Origin: Elusimicrobiota bacterium
Lineage (GTDB): Bacteria > Elusimicrobiota > Endomicrobiia > CG1-02-37-114 > JAHJSO01
Direction: 5' to 3'
DNA length: 64,000 bases
Assembly: GCA_043826435.1 (NCBI GenBank)
Contig: JBDRQF010000061.1
Location: forward strand, 1-64,000
Every line of letters begins with the position of its first letter. The stretch's first letter is position 1. Made by a program: the position numbers and the translations under genes. Below are positions 19,394 through 27,894 of the stretch, one piece after another. The notes beneath the pieces are model-generated. The model saw only the letters and a list, made by a program, of their open reading frames with translations, did no database searches and was not told the DNA's origin.

Positions 19394-20209
19394 ATGGTTA
19401 TGGAAACCAAATGTTATCTTTGTGGCGGCAGGACGGAAAAGTTGTTTGAAAAAGAAAAGGCGGATTATGCCCGATGCACGATATGCGGGCTGATGTTTGT
19501 GTCGTCCGGGACGGGGGACATTGAAAACCGGTACAGGGAAAAGGACTCCGGAAGACAGGGAAACCTGCTCGGCAGCGAGTGTGACAGGATGATTAAAAGG
19601 ATGAAGTATCGTTTAAGTATAGTTGGAAGATATACAGACGCTACGCCAAACAAAGTCCGTCAAAATAAAGGACGGCTCCTTGACATAGGCAGTAGCAGGG
19701 GGGATTTTGTTAAGGTGGCGTCAGATGCCGGGTGGGACTGCACAGCCGTGGAACTTTCAAAAAGGGACTGCGATTATATAAGGAACGAACTAAAAATAAA
19801 GGCGGTGGATAAGGATTTGACGGAAATCAATTTTCCGGATGAATATTTTGACGCGATAACCCTTTGGCATGTTTTTGAACACTTCAGCGACCCGCTGAAA
19901 GAGTTGAAAGAAATCTACAGGATACTTTGCAAAGACGGTGTTTTATGCCTTGAAGTCCCGAATATTGACTCGCCGGTTTACCGTCTTAAAGGGAAAAACT
20001 GGAAATACATCAACAATGAACACCTGTATTATTACAACAAAAAAACGATAAAAATGATTTCAGAGGCAGCGGGTTTCGGGATTGAATATATCACGGATAT
20101 CAGCGGATTAAACTGGTGGGGGGAGCATGCTACGGTAAAAGTAGTTCTGCACGGTGTCGCCAGAAAGTTGTCCCTGGGTGACCATATTGTGGCTGTTTTG
20201 AAAAAATAG
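19394..20209 (+). CDS. Class I SAM-dependent methyltransferase with N-terminal CxxC pair
   Basis: CYLC...CTIC, LLDIGSSRG, FDAITLWHVFEH, LEVPN, HLYYY. Confidence 0.85.
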   Translation: MVMETKCYLCGGRTEKLFEKEKADYARCTICGLMFVSSGTGDIENRYREKDSGRQGNLLGSECDRMIKRMKYRLSIVGRYTDATPNKVRQNKGRLLDIGSSRGDFVKVASDAGWDCTAVELSKRDCDYIRNELKIKAVDKDLTEINFPDEYFDAITLWHVFEHFSDPLKELKEIYRILCKDGVLCLEVPNIDSPVYRLKGKNWKYINNEHLYYYNKKTIKMISEAAGFGIEYITDISGLNWWGEHATVKVVLHGVARKLSLGDHIVAVLKK

Positions 20210-20405
20210 ACAACTGCGATAAAAGTGTACTCTTTTATTGATAGATTTTACAGGAACTTGATTTCCTTCTCAGAAAATGTTAAAATGAGGGCGTCCGACA
20301 CAAAGTGGATTGATTAGAAAAGATACCCTACGTATTTCTTTCCTTTTCTTTTTGTAAGACAACGTGCATACATAGGCGAAAACTGCACTTTCGGTTTAGG
20401 AAAAT

Positions 20406-20621
20406 ATGAATAAAAAATTTTATACCGAGGACGAAGAATGGTTGAAACTTACCCCGGCACAGCGGTTAAAAGAATCAGGTAAATTGTGGGAATTGTACAT
20501 ATCGTTAGGAGGTAATCTTGACCCGGAACCCGATACTCAAAGTCCTTTTTACTTTCAAAAAACACAGAGTAAAAAACCTGTTAATAGGCGGACAGGCAAG
20601 CATAATATACGGAGCCGCTGA
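20406..20621 (+). CDS. Small protein overlapping a nucleotidyltransferase gene (putative partner or antitoxin)
   Basis: EWLKLTPAQRLKES...LGGNLDPEPDTQSPF; overlaps the next ORF. Confidence 0.6.
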   Translation: MNKKFYTEDEEWLKLTPAQRLKESGKLWELYISLGGNLDPEPDTQSPFYFQKTQSKKPVNRRTGKHNIRSR

Positions 20622-20921
20622 ATTTAGCAGGGATTCTGACTTTATCATTTTGTGTGATTCAGAAAATGTAGACAGATTAAAAAGGGCGTTAAAATCACTA
20701 CTAAAAATAAGAAAATGGCAAGAGAATGTATTCAGGAAAGACCATTGCTTAAATATGCAATAAAAAAAGATATCCCAATGTCAATAAAATTCTTAAAACA
20801 AGAAGAAATGTGTGAGAGAAAAAAGGATATAAAATACTGGCAACCATTAAAACAAGAACTTGAAATGTTAAGACACAGGCAAAAACTGCACCTTCGGTCC
20901 GGAAAAAGCAAGAAACATTGA
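20518..20921 (+). pseudogene. Nucleotidyltransferase-like gene with internal deletion and frameshift
   Basis: The N-terminal LIGGQA..YG..SRDSD motif (GG..DxD) is in one frame. A C-terminal helical piece (ERKKDIKYWQPLKQELE) is in another. Together they are too short for an intact enzyme. Confidence 0.65.
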
Positions 20922-20935
20922 CCCAAGCCCCCCCC

Positions 20936-20965
20936 TTGACAACCTTCGGCAAGTTTTTGTATGAT
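20936..20965 (+). promoter_or_regulatory. Putative sigma70 promoter for the LUD-histone operon
   Basis: TTGACA (20936) - 18 bp - TATGAT (20960). Confidence 0.55.
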
Positions 20966-20985
20966 TAAACAATCAAATCGCGTGA

Positions 20986-21029
20986 TATTTAAGGGGTATT
21001 TAGAGAGTATTTAAAGGGTATTCAACGGA
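20986..21029 (+). repeat. Four imperfect 11-bp tandem repeats
   Basis: TATTTAAGGGG TATTTAGAGAG TATTTAAAGGG TATTCAACGGA, ending just before the ATG at 21031. Confidence 0.8.
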
Positions 21030-21030
21030 T

Positions 21031-21669
21031 ATGGACGAAAACACGCTGAAATATTACGAGGTGCTTCTGCAAAAGACCGCGGACGCGCTCAAAAAAAACA
21101 ACTTTGAGGACGTCAGTATCGTTGACAGTAAAGAACAGGCGAAAGAAAAGATACTGAAACTTATCCCTGCAAATTCAAAGGTGGGCGCCGGCGGGTCAAT
21201 GACTGTCCGCTCGCTCGGCGTGATGGACGAATTAAAAAAGAAATGCAACATCGTTCAGCACTCCGTCGGGATGCCTCTTGAGGAAAGAAAAAAGATATGG
21301 CATGAGGCAACCGGTGCGGATTTTTACCTGGCGTCGCCTCAGGCAATTACCACCGACGGACACCTGTTTTTTATAGACAAATACGGAAACCGTCTTTCGG
21401 CGATAATCTTCGGGCCCACAAGGGTTGTCCTTGTGGCGGGCTACAACAAAGTTGTCCGCGACCTGGACGAGGCGCTCTGGCGGATTAAGAACGTTGCGGC
21501 GGTTAAGAATGCCATTCGCCTGAACGTCAAGACGCCGTGCGTTACTGCGGGAAAATGTATGGACTGCAACGTTCCCGAAAGGATTTGCAATGTCGTAACC
21601 TATTTGCTTAAAAGGCCGGCTGCTACCGACTACACGGTAATTCTCATAAAAGAGGAAGCGGGTTATTAA
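21031..21669 (+). CDS. LUD-domain (lactate utilization LutC/YkgG-like) protein
   Basis: GAGGSMT, AITTDG, DKYGNRLSA, GYNKVV, TPCVTAGKCMDC...RICN. Confidence 0.85.
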   Translation: MDENTLKYYEVLLQKTADALKKNNFEDVSIVDSKEQAKEKILKLIPANSKVGAGGSMTVRSLGVMDELKKKCNIVQHSVGMPLEERKKIWHEATGADFYLASPQAITTDGHLFFIDKYGNRLSAIIFGPTRVVLVAGYNKVVRDLDEALWRIKNVAAVKNAIRLNVKTPCVTAGKCMDCNVPERICNVVTYLLKRPAATDYTVILIKEEAGY

Positions 21670-21705
21670 AAGGGTATTAATTCCATTGGAAGGGAGGTGA
21701 AAAAA

Positions 21706-21888
21706 ATGGCAGATATTTTTGTTGTTGCGAGCAAGATTAAAAAGTTCGTCAAGGGACAGGGACTTCGTTCAGGCCCGGGCTATTTAGAGGCGCTTTCAAA
21801 AAGGGTTGAAGAAACCGTAAAGGCCTCATCTGAAAAGGTAAAACAGGAAGGTAAAAAGAAGACACTCGGAGCGGAAGACCTTATATAA
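21706..21888 (+). CDS. Bacterial histone-fold protein (Bd0055/HBb-like)
   Basis: 60 aa: MADIFVVASKIKKFVK...LSKRVEE...EGKKKTLGAEDLI. Matches the VV.SK.KK and (R/K)KT....D pattern. Strong GGAGGTG RBS. Confidence 0.85.
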   Translation: MADIFVVASKIKKFVKGQGLRSGPGYLEALSKRVEETVKASSEKVKQEGKKKTLGAEDLI

Positions 21889-21951
21889 TATTTCACCCTG
21901 CCGTTAACCCTCTTATGCGTTATCATAGACGGGCAAGGCAGGGCTGCACTT

Positions 21952-22401
21952 ATGACCGCCGGGGACCGTCTTATTATTTTTGTTGTGCTGGCTTTTGCGC
22001 TTGTATCTGGCAGGAGAGTGGCTGCATATTTGTTCCAAAAAGGCATGCCTGCCGGAACCGCCGTCGTATGGTTTGAAAATAAAATGTTCGGTGAATTTGA
22101 CCTTTCCGGCGACAGGATAATAACCGTCCGGCAGGGTGTCCGGTTGCAAATAAAAGACAGGACGGTAAAGGTGTTTGCGAACGACTGCCCTCAGAAGTCA
22201 TGTATCCACCAGGGAGACATCACCAGCCCCGGGGGAAAAATCATCTGCCTGCCGAACAAACTCCTCGTTGAATTAAAACCGGGACGCCCGGTGGCCAGCC
22301 GTCCGGTGGGCACCTCAGTCCGCCCGGGGGGCACGGCAAATCCGGAAACCACCCCGAAAATTGATGGACGCAACTCAAAGATTGATGGGCTCTCATACTG
22401 A
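21952..22401 (+). CDS. NusG domain II / Lin0431-family membrane-anchored protein (EetA-like)
   Basis: N-terminal GD+TM, DCPQKSCIHQG.I, IICLPNKLLVE, C-terminal IDGLSY. Confidence 0.85.
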   Translation: MTAGDRLIIFVVLAFALVSGRRVAAYLFQKGMPAGTAVVWFENKMFGEFDLSGDRIITVRQGVRLQIKDRTVKVFANDCPQKSCIHQGDITSPGGKIICLPNKLLVELKPGRPVASRPVGTSVRPGGTANPETTPKIDGRNSKIDGLSY

Positions 22402-23539
22402 AAAAATTACTGAAAAAATCGCTTACTTTATTGCCTGCGGCGCCGCGCTGCAGGTCGCAGAATCCATGATACCGCATCCGGTTCCGGGCGTCCGTTTGGG
22501 GCTTGCAAACATGATGACCCTGCTCGCCCTTAATTCCATGGGCGCCGGGATGGCTTTCCGGGTCGCTTTTCTCAGACCGATCGTAAGTTCCCTGATACTC
22601 GGGAGTTTACTCGGCCCTTCCTTTTTTATGAGTTTGTCCGGTTCAGTTGCGGCCTTCTTGACGATGTGGTTCACCCGCGCCCTGTTTAGAACGTATATTT
22701 CAAATTACGGGGTCTCCATTCTTGGGGCGGTTTCCCACAATCTTGCACAGTTAATAATTGCGTATTTTTTTCTGATAAGGCACCCCGGGGTTTTTGTTTT
22801 CCTGCCTGTCCTTTTGCTGAGCGCCCTCTTTTCGGGGTATTTTACGGGGTGGTGCGTCAGTTACGTCGTGAACAAGAACCGTCCTGAACAGGATCTGTGG
22901 CAGGGGGGCGTTAATGCGTCCGGAATAGCGGGAACAACGGGGATAGCGGGAACAACGGAAATGACGGGAATAAACATAGAAAAAGGTTCGGGCAGGACAC
23001 TGCTGAAAATTTTCCTTGTCCTTCCTACGATTGTGATTGTTTCGTTGGTTTCGGGACTGAGGCCGTTTATCTATTCTTCCCTGTGGCTCGTGTTTCTGAT
23101 TGCGGCGTTCAGGGTGCCGGTGAAACGCCTGCTTGGCAGCATGGCCTTCCTGTGGGTTTTGGTCTTTGCTTCCCTCGTTTCCCATGTTTTGATGACGCCC
23201 GGCACGGAAATATTCAGGATGGGTTTTTTGAGAATAACGACACAGGGGCTGGAAAACGGCGGGATTGCTTCTTTCAGGATTGTCCTGATAACTATTTCTG
23301 CGGGGGTCCTGCTGTGGTCAACCGGTACGGACGAACTGTTGTCCGGTCTGTTGAGGTTTTTTTCACCTTTAAGGCAGGTGGGTGTGCCGGTGGAAAAGAT
23401 ATTTTATGTTATCGGGCTGGCGATTGTTTTGTTCCCTTCCGTGTTGCAGAGAGTGCGCGGGACAAAACCCATAAGCATCCACTCTATATTGGACTCAATA
23501 CACCGGGATTGCCACGCTCCCTTCGGTCGCTCGCAATGA
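22385..23539 (+). CDS. Gx-transporter (ECF S-component-like) domain fused to a truncated EcfT/CbiQ domain
   Basis: N-half: ESMIP.PVPGVRLGLAN, SLSG, SILGAVSHNLAQ. After a (GIAGTT)n linker, C-half: TPG..ITTQGLENG...FRIV...ELLSGL..FFSPLRQVGVP...AIVLFP. Confidence 0.8.
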   Translation: MGSHTEKITEKIAYFIACGAALQVAESMIPHPVPGVRLGLANMMTLLALNSMGAGMAFRVAFLRPIVSSLILGSLLGPSFFMSLSGSVAAFLTMWFTRALFRTYISNYGVSILGAVSHNLAQLIIAYFFLIRHPGVFVFLPVLLLSALFSGYFTGWCVSYVVNKNRPEQDLWQGGVNASGIAGTTGIAGTTEMTGINIEKGSGRTLLKIFLVLPTIVIVSLVSGLRPFIYSSLWLVFLIAAFRVPVKRLLGSMAFLWVLVFASLVSHVLMTPGTEIFRMGFLRITTQGLENGGIASFRIVLITISAGVLLWSTGTDELLSGLLRFFSPLRQVGVPVEKIFYVIGLAIVLFPSVLQRVRGTKPISIHSILDSIHRDCHAPFGRSQ

Positions 23540-23541
23540 CA
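23507..23541. repeat. REP-like palindromic element (half copy)
   Basis: GATTGCCACGCTCCCTTCGGTCGCTCGCAATGACA, 34/35 identical to 56345-56379; lies between convergent genes. Confidence 0.85.
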
Positions 23542-23542
23542 C

Positions 23543-24523
23543 TTAGTAGGCAAGTTTTAGTCCTTTAAGTCCCTTTGAAACAAGAGTTGAGCCGTCCGCC
23601 TTAACCATTATCACTTCAATAGATGCACCCTGGCTTTGAAGTTTTTCAATCAGCGCCATACCCTTTTCGTGCCCCATGACAAAAATCCCGGTGGAGAGGG
23701 CGTCTGCGGTGGTGGCGTCATCACAAATAATCGTTACGCTTATGCACTCCTGCGCCGGCCTGCCCGTTTTTGGGTCAAGTATGTGATGATACCTCCTGCC
23801 GTCATGTTCAAAATACCGTTCGTAATCCCCTGATGTGGCGACCGCCCTGTCCGTCAGACCGGTTACCGCCATCACTGCCCCTCTTTCTTTCCTCGGGTGC
23901 TGGATGCCTATTTTCCAGGTCCTGTCTCCGAAGACGCGCAGATTGCCCCCTGCGTTTACCATGGCGGATTTTATGCCGCACGCCCTCAGTGTCTCTATTG
24001 CGCCGTCAACCGCCCAACCTTTTGCAATCCCGCTGAGGTCAATCGCGACGCCGTATTTCAAAAAAATCTTATTTTGCCGAAACTTTATGTTCCTGTAATT
24101 AACAAGCCGCAGCGCATTTTTCAAGTCCTTTGCTGGAGGGGGCGACTTTTTGCCCGGGGGTGCGTCGTTCCCGAATTTCCATATCTGCATAAGAGGGACA
24201 ACGGTTATGTCAAATGCCCCGCCGGTAAGGACGGAAAATTCAATCGCCCTTTTTATAACCTTATCCGTTATCCTGTCGCACTTGAGCCATTTCTTTTTGT
24301 TCAGTTCCGACACCCTGCTGTTCTTATTGTATTTGTTTAAAATGCCGTCAATTATCTCCATCTCCTGGAATGCCGCGGCGATTGAATCCATCGCCTTTTG
24401 CTTGTCGTTTTCAACCACCTGTATTTCAACAAAGGTGTTCATCAGGAACTTTGTCTGTTTGTGGATGTTGTTGCTGCAGCCGGCGAATAAAACAAGGAAT
24501 GGGACAATAATTATTGGACGCAT
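23543..24523 (-). CDS. apbE: FAD:protein FMN transferase (lipoprotein)
   Basis: Lipobox FAGC, GAFDITV, DLSGIAKG, ATSGDYER, HHILDPKTG, ADALST. Confidence 0.95.
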   Translation of the reverse strand: MRPIIIVPFLVLFAGCSNNIHKQTKFLMNTFVEIQVVENDKQKAMDSIAAAFQEMEIIDGILNKYNKNSRVSELNKKKWLKCDRITDKVIKRAIEFSVLTGGAFDITVVPLMQIWKFGNDAPPGKKSPPPAKDLKNALRLVNYRNIKFRQNKIFLKYGVAIDLSGIAKGWAVDGAIETLRACGIKSAMVNAGGNLRVFGDRTWKIGIQHPRKERGAVMAVTGLTDRAVATSGDYERYFEHDGRRYHHILDPKTGRPAQECISVTIICDDATTADALSTGIFVMGHEKGMALIEKLQSQGASIEVIMVKADGSTLVSKGLKGLKLAY

Positions 24524-24552
24524 TTGACTTTTCCTTATTTATTTTATAAAAT
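24524..24552 (+). promoter_or_regulatory. Putative sigma70 promoter for aroB-rnf
   Basis: TTGACT - 17 bp - TAAAAT in the divergent apbE/aroB gap. Confidence 0.5.
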
Positions 24553-24575
24553 TATTAGGATAAAATCAAATTTTT

Positions 24576-25676
24576 ATGCAGAAAAAAGAAGTCCTTACAG
24601 TAAACACCCCATCACGGAATTACAAAATACTTATCGGCGCGGGGATAATCGGGCGATTGGGAAAGACGCTCAAAACCCTGCGGCTGGATGAGTCCTGCTT
24701 TGTTGTCTCAAGCCCCAGGGTATTTTCTCTTTATGGGAAAAAGGTCACAGGCATACTCAGGGGCTCGGGCATAAAGGACGTCGGCGTAGGGCTTTTCCCC
24801 GACGGTGAGAAAAATAAGTCGTGGAAGAATTACGAGAAAATATTGTCCCTGTTGATTTCGTTTGACGGCGGGAAGAAGAAAAGGATTACGGTTATCGCCC
24901 TGGGAGGCGGGGTGGTGGGAGACCTTGCCGGATTTGTGGCTTCAACCTACCGAAGGGGGGTGCCGTTTGTTCCTGTGCCGACCACGTTCCTTGCGGCGGT
25001 TGATTCAAGCGTAGGCGGAAAAACAGGGATTGACTTCATCCAGAATAACAGGGTGATAAAAAATATCGTCGGGCAGATTTATCAGCCCTCGCTCGTCCTT
25101 ACCGACCTCTCCTTTTTTAAGACACTCCCGAAAAGAGAATTCCTCAGCGGGATTGCAGAGGTGATAAAATACGGGATAATAAAAGACAGGCGCCTTTTTG
25201 AATACCTGAAGTCGCACAAGGACGAAGTATTGTCACTTAATGCACCAGCCCTTGGACGGATAGTCCGAAGGTCCTGCGAGATAAAAAGTGATATCGTTGA
25301 ACGGGACGAGAGGGAGACGAAAGGTATAAGGACAATACTGAACTACGGGCATACGGTCGGCCATGCGGTTGAGTCCGCTTCCTGTTTCAGATATACGCAC
25401 GGCGAAGCAATATCAATCGGGATGGCGGCTGAAGGCAGGATTTCAAACAAATCAGGGTATCTCCCGGGTGCAGAACTTGAGAGGATAAAAGACATAATAC
25501 AGGGGTTCGGCCTTCCCGTCCAGGCGGAGGGTTGTCCCCGCGGGGATTTACTGAAGGTTATGATGTATGATAAAAAGTTCCATGGTGGCAGGAACCTGTT
25601 TGTCCTGCCTGTGAGGATAGGTAAGGTTATCGTCAAAAGGAATATTGACGAAAATATCATCAGGGCATGTATCTGA
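24576..25676 (+). CDS. aroB: 3-dehydroquinate synthase
   Basis: GEKNKS, GGGVVGDLAGF, PTTFLAAVDSSVGGKT, LNYGHTVGHA, HGEA. Confidence 0.96.
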   Translation: MQKKEVLTVNTPSRNYKILIGAGIIGRLGKTLKTLRLDESCFVVSSPRVFSLYGKKVTGILRGSGIKDVGVGLFPDGEKNKSWKNYEKILSLLISFDGGKKKRITVIALGGGVVGDLAGFVASTYRRGVPFVPVPTTFLAAVDSSVGGKTGIDFIQNNRVIKNIVGQIYQPSLVLTDLSFFKTLPKREFLSGIAEVIKYGIIKDRRLFEYLKSHKDEVLSLNAPALGRIVRRSCEIKSDIVERDERETKGIRTILNYGHTVGHAVESASCFRYTHGEAISIGMAAEGRISNKSGYLPGAELERIKDIIQGFGLPVQAEGCPRGDLLKVMMYDKKFHGGRNLFVLPVRIGKVIVKRNIDENIIRACI

Positions 25677-25686
25677 CGTAAAAAAT

Positions 25687-26988
25687 ATGAAAATACCTGA
25701 ATTTGGCGGTGGGATATACCCTCCGCACTATAAGGAGTTGACGCACTCCCTTCCTATAAAGGAAGCCGGTCTCCCGCAAAGGGTCGTCCTTCCGCTGAGC
25801 CAGCATGCAGGAGCGCCTGCAATCGCGGTTGTCAGGAAAGGGGATTATGTCCGCACAGGGCAGGTAATAGGCGAGCCGCAGGGCAGAATATCGGCGTACC
25901 TGCATTCAAGCGTATCGGGAAGGGTCGTTGATATAGTCCCGCGCCCGCACCCTGTTATCAACCGACCGGTGCTTTCAGTGATTATTGAATCCGACGGGAA
26001 AGACGCCCGCGAAGAACAGGTGAAAACGCACTGGGATTATTTCAGGTATTCGCCCGGAGACATAAGGAAGGTCATTGAGACGGCAGGCGTGGTCGGTATG
26101 GGCGGGGCGGCATTCCCGACCCATGTGAAACTGGCGCCCCCATCCGAGATTGACACCCTTATACTCAACGGCTGCGAGTGTGAGCCGTACATAACCTCCG
26201 ACGACCGGCTCATGCAGGAATATTCAAAGGAAATCGTTGAGGGTATGAAGTTATTCATGTTTATCCTGAACGTCCACAAGGGACTTATCGTTATTGAAGA
26301 CAACAAGGAAGAGGCGATAGACATAATCAATAAAATTGTTTTCAACGAGCCGAATATTTCGGTGGTCAGGGTAAAGACGCATTATCCCCAGGGGTCTGAA
26401 AAACAACTTATAAAGGCGGTGCTTAACAGGACGGTGCCGTCGGGTAAATTGCCGTTTCATGTCGGGGTGGTCGTCCAGAACGTAGCAACGAGTTACGCTG
26501 TCCATCAGGCGGTAGTCCGGGCGAACCCGCTGATATCAAGGGTGGTAAGCGTTACGGCGTCTGAAAGTATCAGGAGACGGCTGCATAGACCGGGCAACTA
26601 CCTTGTCCGCATAGGGATGACGTTGTCTGATTTACTGGCTCAATGCGAATACGAATCTCAGCCGGACGACAGGGTGGTATGCGGCGGGCCGATGATGGGT
26701 GTATCGCAATACACCTTGTCCGTACCGGTAATCAAGGGGACGTCGGGCGTGGTGCTTTTGGAAGGGATACCGTATTACGAACATTACCCGTGCATAAAGT
26801 GCGGCAGGTGCGTATCCGTCTGTCCGATGGGTTTAATGCCGAATATGCTCAGCGTTTACGCTGAGGCGGAATTGTGGCAGAAAGCGAAGGAGTTTTACCC
26901 CCAGGACTGCACTGAGTGCGGCTGTTGCAGTTACGTATGCCCTGCGAAAAGGCCCATAGTCCAGCACATTAAACTCGCAAAAGAATAA
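25687..26988 (+). CDS. rnfC: Rnf complex subunit C
   Basis: QHAGAP, GMGGAAFPT, NGCECEPY, YPQGSEK, GGPMMG, two 4Fe-4S motifs. Confidence 0.95.
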   Translation: MKIPEFGGGIYPPHYKELTHSLPIKEAGLPQRVVLPLSQHAGAPAIAVVRKGDYVRTGQVIGEPQGRISAYLHSSVSGRVVDIVPRPHPVINRPVLSVIIESDGKDAREEQVKTHWDYFRYSPGDIRKVIETAGVVGMGGAAFPTHVKLAPPSEIDTLILNGCECEPYITSDDRLMQEYSKEIVEGMKLFMFILNVHKGLIVIEDNKEEAIDIINKIVFNEPNISVVRVKTHYPQGSEKQLIKAVLNRTVPSGKLPFHVGVVVQNVATSYAVHQAVVRANPLISRVVSVTASESIRRRLHRPGNYLVRIGMTLSDLLAQCEYESQPDDRVVCGGPMMGVSQYTLSVPVIKGTSGVVLLEGIPYYEHYPCIKCGRCVSVCPMGLMPNMLSVYAEAELWQKAKEFYPQDCTECGCCSYVCPAKRPIVQHIKLAKE

Positions 26989-26991
26989 AAA

Positions 26992-27894
26992 ATGATAATA
27001 TCAGTTTCGCCGCATATAAAATCCAGGGAGACGATCGCGTCGGTAATGAGGGACGTGCTTATAGCCCTTGCGCCTGCCGGGGTTGCGGCGGTGTATCTTT
27101 TCGGTACGAACGTGCTGTGGATATTGTGCGCCTCTGTTTCGTTTTGCGTAATTTCGGAATATGTTTTTCAAAAGGTTACAAAAAAAAGAGTAGGGGTTTA
27201 TGATTTAAGTGCGGTCGTAACGGGCGTACTGCTTGCATTTTCACTCCCGCCGGGCGTCCCGGTATGGATGGTCTGCGTCGGGGCGGTTTTCGCCATAGTC
27301 GTCGGAAAGGAGATATTCGGCGGCATAGGGTACAACCCTTTCAACCCGGCGCTTGTAGGCAGGGCGTTCCTGCACATATCATGGCCCACGGAGATGTCTT
27401 CATGGGTGCTCCCTTACAGCAACCTGACTTCCGCATCACCGCTGTCCGTGGTGAAATTTGGCCTGAACGGGGACATCCCGGCATATTTGGAACTCTTTTT
27501 CGGGAACGTAGCGGGTTGCATTGGGGAGACGTCAAAAATAGCGCTGTTGGCAGGGGTAGTGTATCTTGTCATGCGCAAGCAGATAAAACTGCTTGCCCCA
27601 TTCAGTTATATTATCACCGTGGTTGTCGTATCGTTGGTGGCGGGCAGGGACGCCGTTTTTCACCTGTTGTCAGGCGGGTTAATTCTCGGCGTGTTTTTTA
27701 TGGCGACCGACCCCGTTACTACGCCCGTGCCGGCGAAGGGGAAAATTATATTCGGCGCGGGTTGCGGTATTCTGACGATGTTGATACGACTGTGGGGGGG
27801 CTTCCCCGAAGGGGTGTGTTATTCAATTCTTATAATGAACATACTTGTGCCTTTTATAGACAGGGCGACTATTCCGAGGAGGTTCGGGGCGTGA
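26992..27894 (+). CDS. rnfD: Rnf complex subunit D
   Basis: SPHI, FGGIGYNPFNPA, TSASPL (FMN site), GCIGETS, FMATDP. Confidence 0.95.
   Translation: MIISVSPHIKSRETIASVMRDVLIALAPAGVAAVYLFGTNVLWILCASVSFCVISEYVFQKVTKKRVGVYDLSAVVTGVLLAFSLPPGVPVWMVCVGAVFAIVVGKEIFGGIGYNPFNPALVGRAFLHISWPTEMSSWVLPYSNLTSASPLSVVKFGLNGDIPAYLELFFGNVAGCIGETSKIALLAGVVYLVMRKQIKLLAPFSYIITVVVVSLVAGRDAVFHLLSGGLILGVFFMATDPVTTPVPAKGKIIFGAGCGILTMLIRLWGGFPEGVCYSILIMNILVPFIDRATIPRRFGA

Noticed and set aside
20986..21029. 11-bp repeats as CRISPR or replication iterons
   Set aside because: They are too short, have no spacers, and no rep or dnaA gene is nearby.
21952..22401. Annotation as transcription factor NusG, and of the next gene as heptaprenyl diphosphate synthase
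   Set aside because: The first has only the domain-II fold with a membrane anchor. The second is a polytopic membrane protein without prenyltransferase DDxxD motifs. The family names are misleading.
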